Shown: positions 36,720 to 45,835 of the stretch, one piece after another
Numbering within the stretch: the stretch's first letter is position 1
Layout: the number at the start of each line of letters is the position of its first letter
Assembly (NCBI GenBank): GCA_002010065.2
Contig: MTMD02000002.1
Location: 128,001 to 192,000 of the forward strand
Length of the DNA stretch: 64,000 nt
Reading direction: 5' to 3'
From: Candidatus Pyrohabitans jungbluthii
Lineage (GTDB): Archaea > Hydrothermarchaeota > Hydrothermarchaeia > Hydrothermarchaeales > BMS3B
Notes under the pieces: model-generated
Databases searched by the model: none
Told to the model about the DNA's origin: nothing
What the model saw: the letters and a program-made list of their open reading frames with translations, nothing else
Translations under genes and position numbers: made by a program

Positions 36720-37529
36720 ATGGACGAGGAGATAATGGCGCTGCCAATAGAGAAGAAGATAGAGAAGAGCAAAGCGGTGATAGCCGAGGCTATAGAGCGC
36801 TATGGCGATAAGCTGGTCGCGGCGTTTACGGGAGGCAAGGACTCTACGCTAATGCTGTGGCTGACCAAGCAGGTTTGCGAGGAGCAGGGGTACGAGATGC
36901 CAGAGTGTATGTTCATAAATGAGGGCAGCGTTTTTGAAGAGGTGCTCGACTACGTGGAGAGGATGCGCAGAGAGTGGGGCTTAGTTATTCACGAGGTTAA
37001 GAACGAAGACGTGCTCAACCAGGTCACCAAGGTGGGCGATATTGTTTACGTGGCAAAGCTCAATGAGCGCAACCGCAAGGAGCTTGAAAAGATAGGCTTT
37101 CGTGGCGAAAGCTTTGTTTTCAACCCTGAAAGCTTCGAGGGCAACCATCTGATGAAGACCGTGGCGATGAACATGTTCATAGAGGAGCGGGGCATACAAG
37201 CGGTTATGACGGGCATTCGCTGGGATGAGCAGGAGGCGAGAAGGGACGAGGTGTACTTCTCACCTCGTAACGATCCTCCACACATGCGAGTGCACCCGAT
37301 ACTCCACTTCCGCGAGCGCGAGGTGTGGCAGGTGCTTCGAAGTAACCGCGTACCTGTGAATGAGCTCTATGCAAAGGGATACCGCAGTCTCGGAGCGAAA
37401 GCGACGACGCAGCCGGTGAGCGATAAGCCTGCGTGGGAGCAGGATTTCGACTCCATACCTGAGCGCGCTGGGAGAGCTCAAGACAAAGAGGGGATAATGA
37501 AACGCCTGCGAGATTTGGGGTACATGTAG
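36720..37529 (+). CDS. PAPS-reductase-fold adenylyltransferase, CysD-like
   Basis: FTGGKDS PP-loop, GIRWDE, HPILHF, GYRSLG, ERAGRAQDKE.IM.RLRDLGYM; lacks Fe-S Cys motifs and ECG(L/I)H. Confidence 0.8.
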   Translation: MDEEIMALPIEKKIEKSKAVIAEAIERYGDKLVAAFTGGKDSTLMLWLTKQVCEEQGYEMPECMFINEGSVFEEVLDYVERMRREWGLVIHEVKNEDVLNQVTKVGDIVYVAKLNERNRKELEKIGFRGESFVFNPESFEGNHLMKTVAMNMFIEERGIQAVMTGIRWDEQEARRDEVYFSPRNDPPHMRVHPILHFREREVWQVLRSNRVPVNELYAKGYRSLGAKATTQPVSDKPAWEQDFDSIPERAGRAQDKEGIMKRLRDLGYM

Positions 37530-37598
37530 GAATTACTTCTCAGAGCTAAAAATCGGAAGTCTTATATTGCGCCATACCAAGTTTATGGGGAGGAGGTA

Positions 37599-38570
37599 GT
37601 GGTTATTTTAAAGCTCGGCAATGGCATCGAGATCACCATAGGCGGCGAGAAGCTATACCTGGACCCGAGGCGTGCAGAAGGTACGAGCTTTATCTCCCAC
37701 GCCCATGCCGACCACTCTCCGCGAAGCGTCGAGGGGGAGGTTCTCCTTTCCTCAGCTACAGCCAAGCTTATGCGCAAGCGCGTCGAAGGCAAGAACCTTG
37801 AGATGGGAAAAGCCTACGAAATGCGCGACTTTACCCTTCGCGTCGTGGCGTCTGGGCACATCCTTGGCGCGAGTCAGCTTGTGATGGAAAACGGTTTTAA
37901 GGTTGTATATACCGGCGATTTGCACCTTGAGGGTGGTGCCACATGCGGCGCTGCCAAGGTGGAGCGCTGTGACATTTTAATAATCGAGTCCACCTTCGGT
38001 AGCCCCCATTATGAGTTTCCTCCCCGCGAGGAGGTGATTGCAGAACTCAAGGACTGGGTGGAGGCGCAGCATTCCCGCGGCAGGCTTCCGGTAGTGCTGG
38101 GCTATTCCTTGGGCAAGGCTCAGGAGCTGACATATTACCTGTCGAGGGATTTCTCGGTTGAGGTTCACCCCACAATTTATGAGAACAACCGCAAATATGA
38201 AGCTCTGGGCGTAGCCCTTGGTGAGTATCGCCTGTTTTCCAGCGAAAGCCGCGAGGACAAGGTGGTGATCTTCCCTCCAGCGGCACGCAAGGCAAAGATT
38301 CTGGAAAAGCTCAATTGCAGCTTCGCCTTCATGAGCGGGTGGGCTGTCCACGACGCTACCCGCTTTAGGCTTAGGGTGGACGAGGCGCTGCCGCTGAGCG
38401 ACCACAGCGATTTTTATTCTCTGCTGCGCTACGTAGAGAAGGCTTCGCCCCAGGTGGTTTACACGGTGCACGGCTTCGCCAGCGAGTTCGCAGAGGAGCT
38501 TCGAGCTAGAGGATTTTACGCCGAGGCGCTCGAGGAAAAGAAGCTACGTACGTTGGAGGAGTACCTTTAG
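37599..38570 (+). CDS. MBL/beta-CASP nuclease (ligase-associated exonuclease-like)
   Basis: SHAHADH, SGHILGA, YTGD, ESTFG, YSLGKAQE, SGWA, LSDHSD, VHG. Confidence 0.88.
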   Translation: MVILKLGNGIEITIGGEKLYLDPRRAEGTSFISHAHADHSPRSVEGEVLLSSATAKLMRKRVEGKNLEMGKAYEMRDFTLRVVASGHILGASQLVMENGFKVVYTGDLHLEGGATCGAAKVERCDILIIESTFGSPHYEFPPREEVIAELKDWVEAQHSRGRLPVVLGYSLGKAQELTYYLSRDFSVEVHPTIYENNRKYEALGVALGEYRLFSSESREDKVVIFPPAARKAKILEKLNCSFAFMSGWAVHDATRFRLRVDEALPLSDHSDFYSLLRYVEKASPQVVYTVHGFASEFAEELRARGFYAEALEEKKLRTLEEYL

Positions 38571-39095
38571 CTACAGCTCATAAAGCTCGCGATTTATCCT
38601 GGGCAGCATCGCCATGAGCACTGCCTGCTTCGTAAGCTCCTTTCTGCTCAGCTTCCCTTTGCTCAAGAAGCCTATGGCGCCGCCCTTCCTGCCTATGTTC
38701 CTGATCCCACTCAGCTCCTCCATAACCTCCCCCACCTCTCTTCCGCGAAGCACCTGGCGGATAACACTGGGCGGGTACTCAAAGCCAGAGCCAGCGCCGA
38801 GGGTAATAACCTCCCCATCGCTAATTGCGCAGAACTGCACATCCATATAACCTGTGATCGCGAAGGGTACCTCCACCAACCCTGCCTCAATTCCTACGCC
38901 AAGCTCCCCATGCTTAAGTGCAGCCCTAGCACGGTTCACTGCACCACGCACCGTCTCTTCCATACCAAGAGGCTGAGCGCTAACCTTTGAGCTCACCTCA
39001 ACCCCAAAAACCTCAATCTCAGGGTAAAACTCCCTCAGCACTTCCTCCACCGCTCTTACCTTCACCGGATTAGTTGAACCCACAGCTACGCGCAT
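38571..39095 (-). CDS. yjjX: Inosine/xanthosine triphosphatase
   Basis: [12 protein letters not shown]....T..GA.NRA, GIEAG, GAIG.LS. Confidence 0.92.
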   Translation of the reverse strand: MRVAVGSTNPVKVRAVEEVLREFYPEIEVFGVEVSSKVSAQPLGMEETVRGAVNRARAALKHGELGVGIEAGLVEVPFAITGYMDVQFCAISDGEVITLGAGSGFEYPPSVIRQVLRGREVGEVMEELSGIRNIGRKGGAIGFLSKGKLSRKELTKQAVLMAMLPRINRELYEL

Positions 39096-39541
39096 AGCAG
39101 CACTCCCTCGCGGTCTATCTCTCCTCGCCTGATTCGCCGCGAAGATATGGGCTTACCGTCCTGGGCGAGGAGGAGTGGCACCAGGATTATCTCCAGCTCT
39201 CTTAGCCCGCGCTGGCGTCGGCGCTGGTTAATCTCCTCCGCTCTGGCAAGGGTTTCCTCAGTCACCACAATAGCCTCGAGCTCCGCGTCGCTCACCGCGG
39301 GTCCATAGTAATCGTCGAGCCTCACTATCTCCGCCCGCTCGGCAAAGCCCTCCTCCATGAGAAAGCGCTGTAGCTCCGCCAGCCTCTTCTCGTAGCTCTC
39401 TGCCCCCTTTGGCTTGGCAATCGCATCGCTGGTTAGCCCAATGAGCACCCTTTCGCCCGAGGTAAAGGCAACCCTGAGAAGCTCTCTATGGCCAGCGTGC
39501 AACCTGTCGAAGGTTCCACCCACCGCCACTTTCCTGAACAT
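39086..39541 (-). CDS. coaD: Phosphopantetheine adenylyltransferase (archaeal/eukaryote type)
   Basis: [35 protein letters not shown]. Confidence 0.92.
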   Translation of the reverse strand: MFRKVAVGGTFDRLHAGHRELLRVAFTSGERVLIGLTSDAIAKPKGAESYEKRLAELQRFLMEEGFAERAEIVRLDDYYGPAVSDAELEAIVVTEETLARAEEINQRRRQRGLRELEIILVPLLLAQDGKPISSRRIRRGEIDREGVLLCA

Positions 39542-39613
39542 CGCTTAAACTCTTGCGGTGGGATTAATAACTTTATTGCTTCGAAAAAAAGAGGTCAGCG
39601 CGGGATGCGCTGA

Positions 39614-40864
39614 CTAATGGAAGATGTGGGGGATTATTTCACCTGCCGCCGCCCAGTAGGATATCGCTAGCATGAAGAAAGCCCCCGCATAGTATAGCAG
39701 CTCGCCCGCGCGCGCCTTCTTATCGCCGCGTAGTGGAAGCCGCTCCACCACGTAGGGGAATATCAGCAGCGGGAGAAAAGCCAGCACTGGCATGACCACC
39801 ATGGTTGTGGCACCGAACAGGTTTTCCCCGGTGACCAGGAAGTATATTGGCCATGGCGGCTTGGTTACCTCTATCCCTGCGACAGTATGCTCTCCTTCTA
39901 ACCCCTGAATAAAGGGTGCCTCCATGAAAAGGCTCTGCATCACCAGGAAGACTGTGAGCACCGCTGAATAGACGACAGCCTTCTTCCAGCGCCTCTGCAC
40001 CTGAAGGTAAACCTTCCTCATGAGCACGTGGGGTGCGGTTAACAGGAGAATTGCAAAGGTTGTCAAGCCTATGTGGAAGGCGGTAAGCTTCATCACTGCA
40101 AGGTCGCCGGAGAAGAAGTTTGACACGTAGCTGCCCAGAGGCACCAGGCTGAAGGCGTACATCATGTGTTCAAAGCCCTCAAGGGACTCCTGGTCAGCTC
40201 TCATGAAGGTCCCGGCAAGGAAGCTCAGCCAGCTGATAATCAGAAGCAGTGCGCCTGTAACCCAGATTATCTTGCGCTTACCTAAGTAGGTTCTCGTGGA
40301 AATAGCGCGCGCAGAGTGCAGCATCATCAGGAACAAAAAGAGCTCGCTGGACCAGTTGTGGAGGTTTCTGAAGAAGGCAAGCGTTGCGTCTTGGGTAATA
40401 GCTTCAACGCTGTGGTACGCTTCCGTGGGCAGAGGCTTGTAGAAGAAGGTTATTATTATCCCCGAAGGGATTACTAGGCCAAGGAAGATAATGGCGGTGA
40501 CAGTACCGAGAGTGTACCAGTCTATCGCAGATTTGAGCTTCTCGCTTACCCCTTTTACCCTCGCAAAGGACAGGTAAACCAGGGCAAAGAGCAGCGCGAA
40601 TATGACGAACCTTATCTTGTCCACCTTTGCCTTTGCGTAGGCCTCCTCCATTACCCTTTCCATGTACTCCTCCAGTTCATGTTCATCCACCTCCTCACCA
40701 GGCTCCAAGCCTATATACCCTATTCTGGGTTCCCCGTGACCATGTTCTTCAACATCACCCTCCTCATGATGTTCCTCACCCTCCTCATGCGCCCCAGTTG
40801 CGTAGGCTGCAGGCAGGGCGAGGAGTACCATAATAGCCAGCAGGACCACTACTACCTTTCTCAT
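39614..40864 (-). CDS. Cytochrome b/b6-family di-heme membrane protein with signal peptide and His/Glu-rich N-terminal segment
   Basis: RNLHNW...MLH and AFH...APH heme-ligand His pairs, WVTG, KPPWP (PEWY-like). Confidence 0.82.
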   Translation of the reverse strand: MRKVVVVLLAIMVLLALPAAYATGAHEEGEEHHEEGDVEEHGHGEPRIGYIGLEPGEEVDEHELEEYMERVMEEAYAKAKVDKIRFVIFALLFALVYLSFARVKGVSEKLKSAIDWYTLGTVTAIIFLGLVIPSGIIITFFYKPLPTEAYHSVEAITQDATLAFFRNLHNWSSELFLFLMMLHSARAISTRTYLGKRKIIWVTGALLLIISWLSFLAGTFMRADQESLEGFEHMMYAFSLVPLGSYVSNFFSGDLAVMKLTAFHIGLTTFAILLLTAPHVLMRKVYLQVQRRWKKAVVYSAVLTVFLVMQSLFMEAPFIQGLEGEHTVAGIEVTKPPWPIYFLVTGENLFGATTMVVMPVLAFLPLLIFPYVVERLPLRGDKKARAGELLYYAGAFFMLAISYWAAAGEIIPHIFH

Positions 40865-40980
40865 CCATCGACCTCCTTTCTGACTCTGTTAATGATACGT
40901 AGATGTTAATATAATGTTACCTTAATGAAGCAATATTGTTATATATTGGCTACGCCAGATACACTCTGAGGTGTTAGAAG

Positions 40981-41289
40981 ATGGATGTGGACGGCCTGCT
41001 AATTTCTCTCACTGTCCTTGTTTCCCTCAGCTTTCTGGCGGCAGTTTACTTTTCCGTCAAGCTCTCCAGAGAAACAAGGTATGAGCGCTACTGGCTTGCT
41101 CTCGCACTGGCTGCCTTTCTGCTGGCGATCCACCACTGGTTGGCGCTACCCTGGGAGTTTCACCTGATTTCAGAGAGTCTCCTGCACAATCTTGAGCAGT
41201 TCACCGCTCTTTTCGGTGCTTCTCTCTTCGCCTACGCTGTGTACGGGCTTTATTCTTCAATGAAAAGAATAAGGGAAAAGCTGGAGTAA
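40981..41289 (+). CDS. Small 3-TM membrane protein (possible sensor)
   Basis: Three hydrophobic helices, HHW motif; 1 nt upstream of the wHTH gene. Confidence 0.7.
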   Translation: MDVDGLLISLTVLVSLSFLAAVYFSVKLSRETRYERYWLALALAAFLLAIHHWLALPWEFHLISESLLHNLEQFTALFGASLFAYAVYGLYSSMKRIREKLE

Positions 41290-41290
41290 A

Positions 41291-41575
41291 ATGCTGCCAA
41301 AGTCGGTGCTCTTCTACTGGAGCAAAGGAGCAGAGACGAGGAGGAAGATACTGAAGATAATCCACACCAGGGGGGAGAAGGGTGAGCCCAGCTTTCTTAA
41401 TGTTATCGCCAGCGAGCTTGGCATAACCCATGCGGCGGCGAAGAAACACCTCGACCTCTTAGTGGAGGAGGGCTACATAGAGCAGATAAACCCCGGCGGA
41501 AAGCCAGTCTATCTCAGGCTGACGGAGAAAGGAAAAGAGGTGGTAGAGGAGTTCTTGGGCGAGGCAGATCGCTAA
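41291..41575 (+). CDS. Winged-helix (ArsR-like) transcriptional regulator
   Basis: KGAETRRKIL, IASELGITH.A.KKHLD.L.EEG.I, LT.KG. Confidence 0.85.
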   Translation: MLPKSVLFYWSKGAETRRKILKIIHTRGEKGEPSFLNVIASELGITHAAAKKHLDLLVEEGYIEQINPGGKPVYLRLTEKGKEVVEEFLGEADR

Positions 41576-42033
41576 AATTTGCTCTGACTCTCTTTTACAG
41601 CCTCTAAGGCCTGGAGAAATGTATTCTCATCCATAAAGCCCACGATGCTGCCCAGCTTTTTCCCGTCGTGGGTCAGAAACACGAAAGTTGGTGTGCCCCT
41701 AACCTCGTAGCTGAAAACAAGCTCGCGGTTTTCGCTCTTGTCTATGTCTATGGCGACAGCCACGAAGTCTCTGTTGAGGGTATCCTTCACCCTCTGCTTG
41801 GGAAGAACCTCAGATTCAAACTTCCTGCACCAGCCGCAGGAGTCGATTCTGAAGTAGAGGAGCACAGGTTTTGAGGTTTTGCTCGCGTAGCTTAGGGCCT
41901 CTTCGTATGAGGTGTAGAACACAGCCCCGGAGAAGTTCCTGATTTTCTTGGGTGCCTCTTCCGTAGCCTCCGCCGCAGATTCTAGGCAACCAATAGCCAA
42001 AGTGAGCAGCACAGCTATAGCCCATCGCCTCAT
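41572..42033 (-). CDS. Extracytoplasmic thioredoxin-fold lipoprotein (SoxW/Thioredoxin_2-like)
   Basis: Lipobox AIGC, CGWC, cis-Pro GTPT, G.M. Confidence 0.88.
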   Translation of the reverse strand: MRRWAIAVLLTLAIGCLESAAEATEEAPKKIRNFSGAVFYTSYEEALSYASKTSKPVLLYFRIDSCGWCRKFESEVLPKQRVKDTLNRDFVAVAIDIDKSENRELVFSYEVRGTPTFVFLTHDGKKLGSIVGFMDENTFLQALEAVKESQSKF

Positions 42034-42097
42034 TGGAGCTCTCCTCACCCTTTACAACCTCTCAGGGAACTTATCAGGATTTTCTCAAATCATGCCA

Positions 42098-42124
42098 AAT
42101 TTCTGCCAGAAATGGGCAGAAATT
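42098..42124. promoter_or_regulatory. Inverted repeat in a divergent promoter
   Basis: AATTTCTGCC-N7-GGCAGAAATT; extra half-site CCAGAAATT at 42142-42150. Confidence 0.45.
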
Positions 42125-42155
42125 CTTTTATGATATGAGCGCCAGAAATTAAAAT

Positions 42156-42332
42156 ATGAAAAAGCGGAAGCCCATCAAGGACATGTTCCTGGACATAGCG
42201 GAGGAGTGGGAAAAGTACTGGCGCGATGAGATTGGCTTCTACGACTTCCTCAACGAGTATGTGGAGATAGATGATGACCTGCGCACCTACGTTATAAAGA
42301 GGAGGAAGAAGAAGCCAGAGGAGGAGTTGTGA
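42156..42332 (+). CDS. Small hypothetical protein (58 aa), absent from the ORF track
   Basis: MKKRKPIKDMFLDIAEEWEKYWRDEIGFYDFLNEYVEIDDDLRTYVIKRRKKKPEEEL; host-like codon use, fills the gap. Confidence 0.7.
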   Translation: MKKRKPIKDMFLDIAEEWEKYWRDEIGFYDFLNEYVEIDDDLRTYVIKRRKKKPEEEL

Positions 42333-42369
42333 GGGAGAAGATTATTAACTCTGTAGCGTAGCTAAGAAC

Positions 42370-43107
42370 ATGGAGATTTTCACAGGCGTTGAGATACTCT
42401 GCCCCTACCCTGCGCTTTATCTTGAAGATATAAAGGCAGTGGTTATTGCAGACCTTCATCTGGGATACGAGGGGATAATGGCGGAGCAGGGCATATTTAT
42501 GCCCAAGACGCAGTTCAGGAAGGAGCAGGAGATGCTCGAGAGTATCGCAGGTCTAAAGCATGCGGAGCGGGTGATTATTAACGGCGATGTTAAGCACGAG
42601 TTCAGTGAGACCAGCTACCACGAGTTTCGCGAGGTTGGTGAGCTTTTTGAGATTCTGCGAAGGCACTTTAGAGAGGTGCATGTGGTGAAGGGCAACCATG
42701 ACAACTTCATCATCTACGTTACCCGGAAGCATGGCATAGCCCTGCACGAGGAGCTTATGCTTGGCAAGTACCACTTCTTCCACGGGCACCGCATGCCGCG
42801 CGAAGCTGAGGCGGAGTTTTTGGTTATGGGCCACGAGCACCCTGCCATAGCGCTCTACGACGAGATTGGGGTTAAGGAAAAGGTTAAGTGCTTTTTATAC
42901 GGTGAGGCTGGCGGAAAAAAGCTGGTGGTGCTGCCTGCGTTTTCCCCGCTTGCGTACGGCAGCGATGTCAACCAGGTGCCAAAGAGCGAGCTTCTCTCCC
43001 CCCTTCTGCGCAGCATCGACGTGGATAAGCTTAACGTTGTGGCGGTGAGTGAAGAGGCGGGTTGCTTGCCCTTTGCACAGCTTGGGGAGCTGCGCAGGTT
43101 TGCGTGA
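42370..43107 (+). CDS. Calcineurin-like metallophosphoesterase (COG1407/MPE family)
   Basis: ADLHLGYE, NGDVKH, GNHD, HGH, GHEHP, LPAFS. Confidence 0.92.
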   Translation: MEIFTGVEILCPYPALYLEDIKAVVIADLHLGYEGIMAEQGIFMPKTQFRKEQEMLESIAGLKHAERVIINGDVKHEFSETSYHEFREVGELFEILRRHFREVHVVKGNHDNFIIYVTRKHGIALHEELMLGKYHFFHGHRMPREAEAEFLVMGHEHPAIALYDEIGVKEKVKCFLYGEAGGKKLVVLPAFSPLAYGSDVNQVPKSELLSPLLRSIDVDKLNVVAVSEEAGCLPFAQLGELRRFA

Positions 43108-43108
43108 A

Positions 43109-44038
43109 TCACTTTCTCCCAACCACAACGCGGCTCTCGCTCAGCTCAATCCTCTCAAACTGTTTAAACCCTGCCTCGCGAAGCCATGCTTCGACTTCGC
43201 TCCACGAGTAGGTTCTGCCTTCGCTGCTGAGGAGCATGTGGAGCGCAAATATCGCCGCTTCTCTCGGCGCCACCTTGGAGTCGTCGAGTATATAATCGTG
43301 GACTATCACCACGCCGCCCTCTGCTAAGGCGTCGTAAACGCGCCTGAAGAGCTTGCGGTTCTGTGCCTCGCTGAGAAAGTGGATTATGTTGGAGACCAGC
43401 GCTGCATCGTAACCCTTGCCAAAATCATCGCGAAGGAAGTCCGCCTCAAGCACGCGAATGCCAGTGACGCCCTTTCTTTTGAGAATCTCTCTCGTAGCGC
43501 TTGCTGTTTCGGGCAGCTCAACTATCGTCGCAGCCAGGCGGTAGCGCTGTGCGAAGGCTATCGCGTAGGCGCCTGAGCCCCCACCTAGGTCAACCAGGCT
43601 GCGCTTTCCCTCAAGGTTTACAGCTCTTGCAAGCTCATATGCGCGTGTCGCTGCAGTGCTGTCTAAAGCCAGAAGAAAAGCAAGCCTGTCCTCTTCCTCT
43701 GGTGCATGCCAGAATATCGCTTCCTCAAGCTTTGCCCACTTTGCAAAGCCCCTGTTCGCATGCTTCAACCAGTAGCCTAGGTAATCGCTGCTTGAGCTTA
43801 CCAAGTACCTGCTGGCTTCGGGAGAGTTTCTGTACCTATCCCCAGTCTTCTCTATAAAACCAAGCGCTACCAGTGCATTGAGCAGAAGCTCTAGGGCGCG
43901 GGGTTCCGCTTTTAGTGCTTTAGCCAATTCTAAAGTGGAGCGCGGCTCTTCCAGGTAGTCGAAGAGGTTGTAGGCTGCCGCTACGAGCAGAATCTTCGAC
44001 TCGCGGTAGGCAGCGCCCAGCTCTATTATTCTCTCCAT
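43109..44038 (-). CDS. SAM-dependent O-methyltransferase with wHTH dimerisation domain
   Basis: LL.ALVALG, VDLGGGSG, ADF, SNIIH, HD..L. Confidence 0.9.
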   Translation of the reverse strand: MERIIELGAAYRESKILLVAAAYNLFDYLEEPRSTLELAKALKAEPRALELLLNALVALGFIEKTGDRYRNSPEASRYLVSSSSDYLGYWLKHANRGFAKWAKLEEAIFWHAPEEEDRLAFLLALDSTAATRAYELARAVNLEGKRSLVDLGGGSGAYAIAFAQRYRLAATIVELPETASATREILKRKGVTGIRVLEADFLRDDFGKGYDAALVSNIIHFLSEAQNRKLFRRVYDALAEGGVVIVHDYILDDSKVAPREAAIFALHMLLSSEGRTYSWSEVEAWLREAGFKQFERIELSESRVVVGRK

Positions 44039-44039
44039 A

Positions 44040-45701
44040 TCACAATATCGCGCCCATATCCGCACTGCTCACGCTGCGGCGGTAGCTCTCAAGGTAGCTC
44101 CTTCTTGCCTCTGTGCGAGGAGGCTGCCATTCCTGCTTTCTCCTCTCCAGCTCTTCCTCGTCCACGAGAAGGTTGAGCTTCCGCGCTGGTATGTCTATCT
44201 CAACAATATCGCCATCCTTAACCAGGGCTATGGGGCCACCTTCGTAAGCCTCCGGCGACACGTGACCTATGCAAGGACCTCGAGTACCGCCCGAGAAGCG
44301 TCCGTCGGTTATTAAAGCCACGCTGTCGCTGAGCCCCATGCCCGCGATTATAGACGTAGCGGCAAGCATCTCCCGCATTCCGGGACCGCCCTTCGGGCCC
44401 TCGTAGCGTATTATCACCACGTCGCCGGGCTTAATCTCATCGTTGAGAATCGCCTTTACCGCCGCCTCTTCGCCGTCGAAAACTCGAGCAGGGCCGCGAT
44501 GCTTGAGCATCTTCTCACTTACGGCGGTCTGTTTCACCACACTTCCGCGAGGAGCGAGGCTGCCTTTTAGCACTGCAATGCCACCTTCGCTGTGATAGGG
44601 ATTGCTCGGATCGCGGATGACCTCGCGGTTCTTCTCTGGGTTGACTATCCTCACGTGCTTTAGATTCTCCTCCAGCGTTGAGCCCGTGACTGTGAGCACA
44701 TCCAGGTTGAGCTTATCCTTTATTTTAAGCATAACTGCAGGTATGCCACCAGCTTGGTCCAGGTCGAGCATGAAGTGCTCCCCTCCCGGCCTGAGGCTGG
44801 TGAGGTGAGGCGTCTCTCTGGAAATCTTATCAAAAGCATCCAGTGGAAGCTCCACACCTGCCTCCCTCGCAATCGCAGGCAGGTGAAGCGCGGTGTTGGT
44901 AGAGCCGCCTATTGCCATGTCTATGCGTATCGCATTTTCAAACGCCTTCTCAGTCATTATCTCCCTTGCTGATATGCCGCGTTCCAGAAGCTCCATAACC
45001 TTCATTCCGCTCAGCTTTGCGATGCGCAGCTTCTTAGCGTCAACAGCATGGGCGGTACCACACCCTGGCAAGCTCATACCCAGCGCTTCGGTAACGCACG
45101 CCATTGTGTTGGCGGTGAACAAGCCAGCGCATGATCCCGGGCCAGGGCACGCGAGGTTTTCGAGGTCATTAAGCTGCTCCTCGGTTATCTTCCCGGCCTT
45201 GAACTCGCCAACAGCCTCGAATACAGAAATTAAATCCACATTTTTATCTCCCACGAAGCCCGGGCACATGGCGCCGCCTGTCACGACGATGCTGGGGAGG
45301 TTGAGCCTAGCAGCGGCCATCAGGTGCCCAGGCACAATCTTGTCACAGGTTGGTATGAAGACCAAAGCGTCGAAGCGATAGGCTTGGGCAACCAGCTCTA
45401 TGCTTGCGGCAATCACCTCGCGCGAAGGCAGAGAGTAACGCATGCCCTCATGCCCCATTGCAATGCCGTCACATATCCCTATGGTGTTGAACTCGAAGGG
45501 CACACCCCCTGCTAAGCGAACCCCCGCCTTGACCGCGTCTGCTATCTTGTCAAGATGCACATGCCCGGGAATGAGCTCATTCCAGGAGTTAACAATGCCC
45601 ACGAAGGGTCTATCTATCTCTTCATCGGTTATCCCCATAGCCCTGAGCAGGCTTCTGTGAGGCGCCCTCTCCAGCCCTTTCTTCACGGCATCGCTCCTCA
45701 T
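44040..45701 (-). CDS. ilvD: Dihydroxy-acid dehydratase
   Basis: [57 protein letters not shown]. Confidence 0.97.
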   Translation of the reverse strand: MRSDAVKKGLERAPHRSLLRAMGITDEEIDRPFVGIVNSWNELIPGHVHLDKIADAVKAGVRLAGGVPFEFNTIGICDGIAMGHEGMRYSLPSREVIAASIELVAQAYRFDALVFIPTCDKIVPGHLMAAARLNLPSIVVTGGAMCPGFVGDKNVDLISVFEAVGEFKAGKITEEQLNDLENLACPGPGSCAGLFTANTMACVTEALGMSLPGCGTAHAVDAKKLRIAKLSGMKVMELLERGISAREIMTEKAFENAIRIDMAIGGSTNTALHLPAIAREAGVELPLDAFDKISRETPHLTSLRPGGEHFMLDLDQAGGIPAVMLKIKDKLNLDVLTVTGSTLEENLKHVRIVNPEKNREVIRDPSNPYHSEGGIAVLKGSLAPRGSVVKQTAVSEKMLKHRGPARVFDGEEAAVKAILNDEIKPGDVVIIRYEGPKGGPGMREMLAATSIIAGMGLSDSVALITDGRFSGGTRGPCIGHVSPEAYEGGPIALVKDGDIVEIDIPARKLNLLVDEEELERRKQEWQPPRTEARRSYLESYRRSVSSADMGAIL

Positions 45702-45835
45702 AGTATACCACCTTCCTATAACCCTCGCGTAACAAGCGATAAACTTTATATATGCACCCCGGTGCTAGTTTTATTGATTGATATGGAAATTGCGTCTAAA
45801 AATAAATGCTATGCGTCTCCGCTAAGGTGAGAAAG

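Noticed and set aside
40660-40800. Short imperfect DNA repeats (CATGTTC/CTCCTCA-like)
   Set aside because: They simply encode the His/Glu-rich peptide of the cytochrome b.
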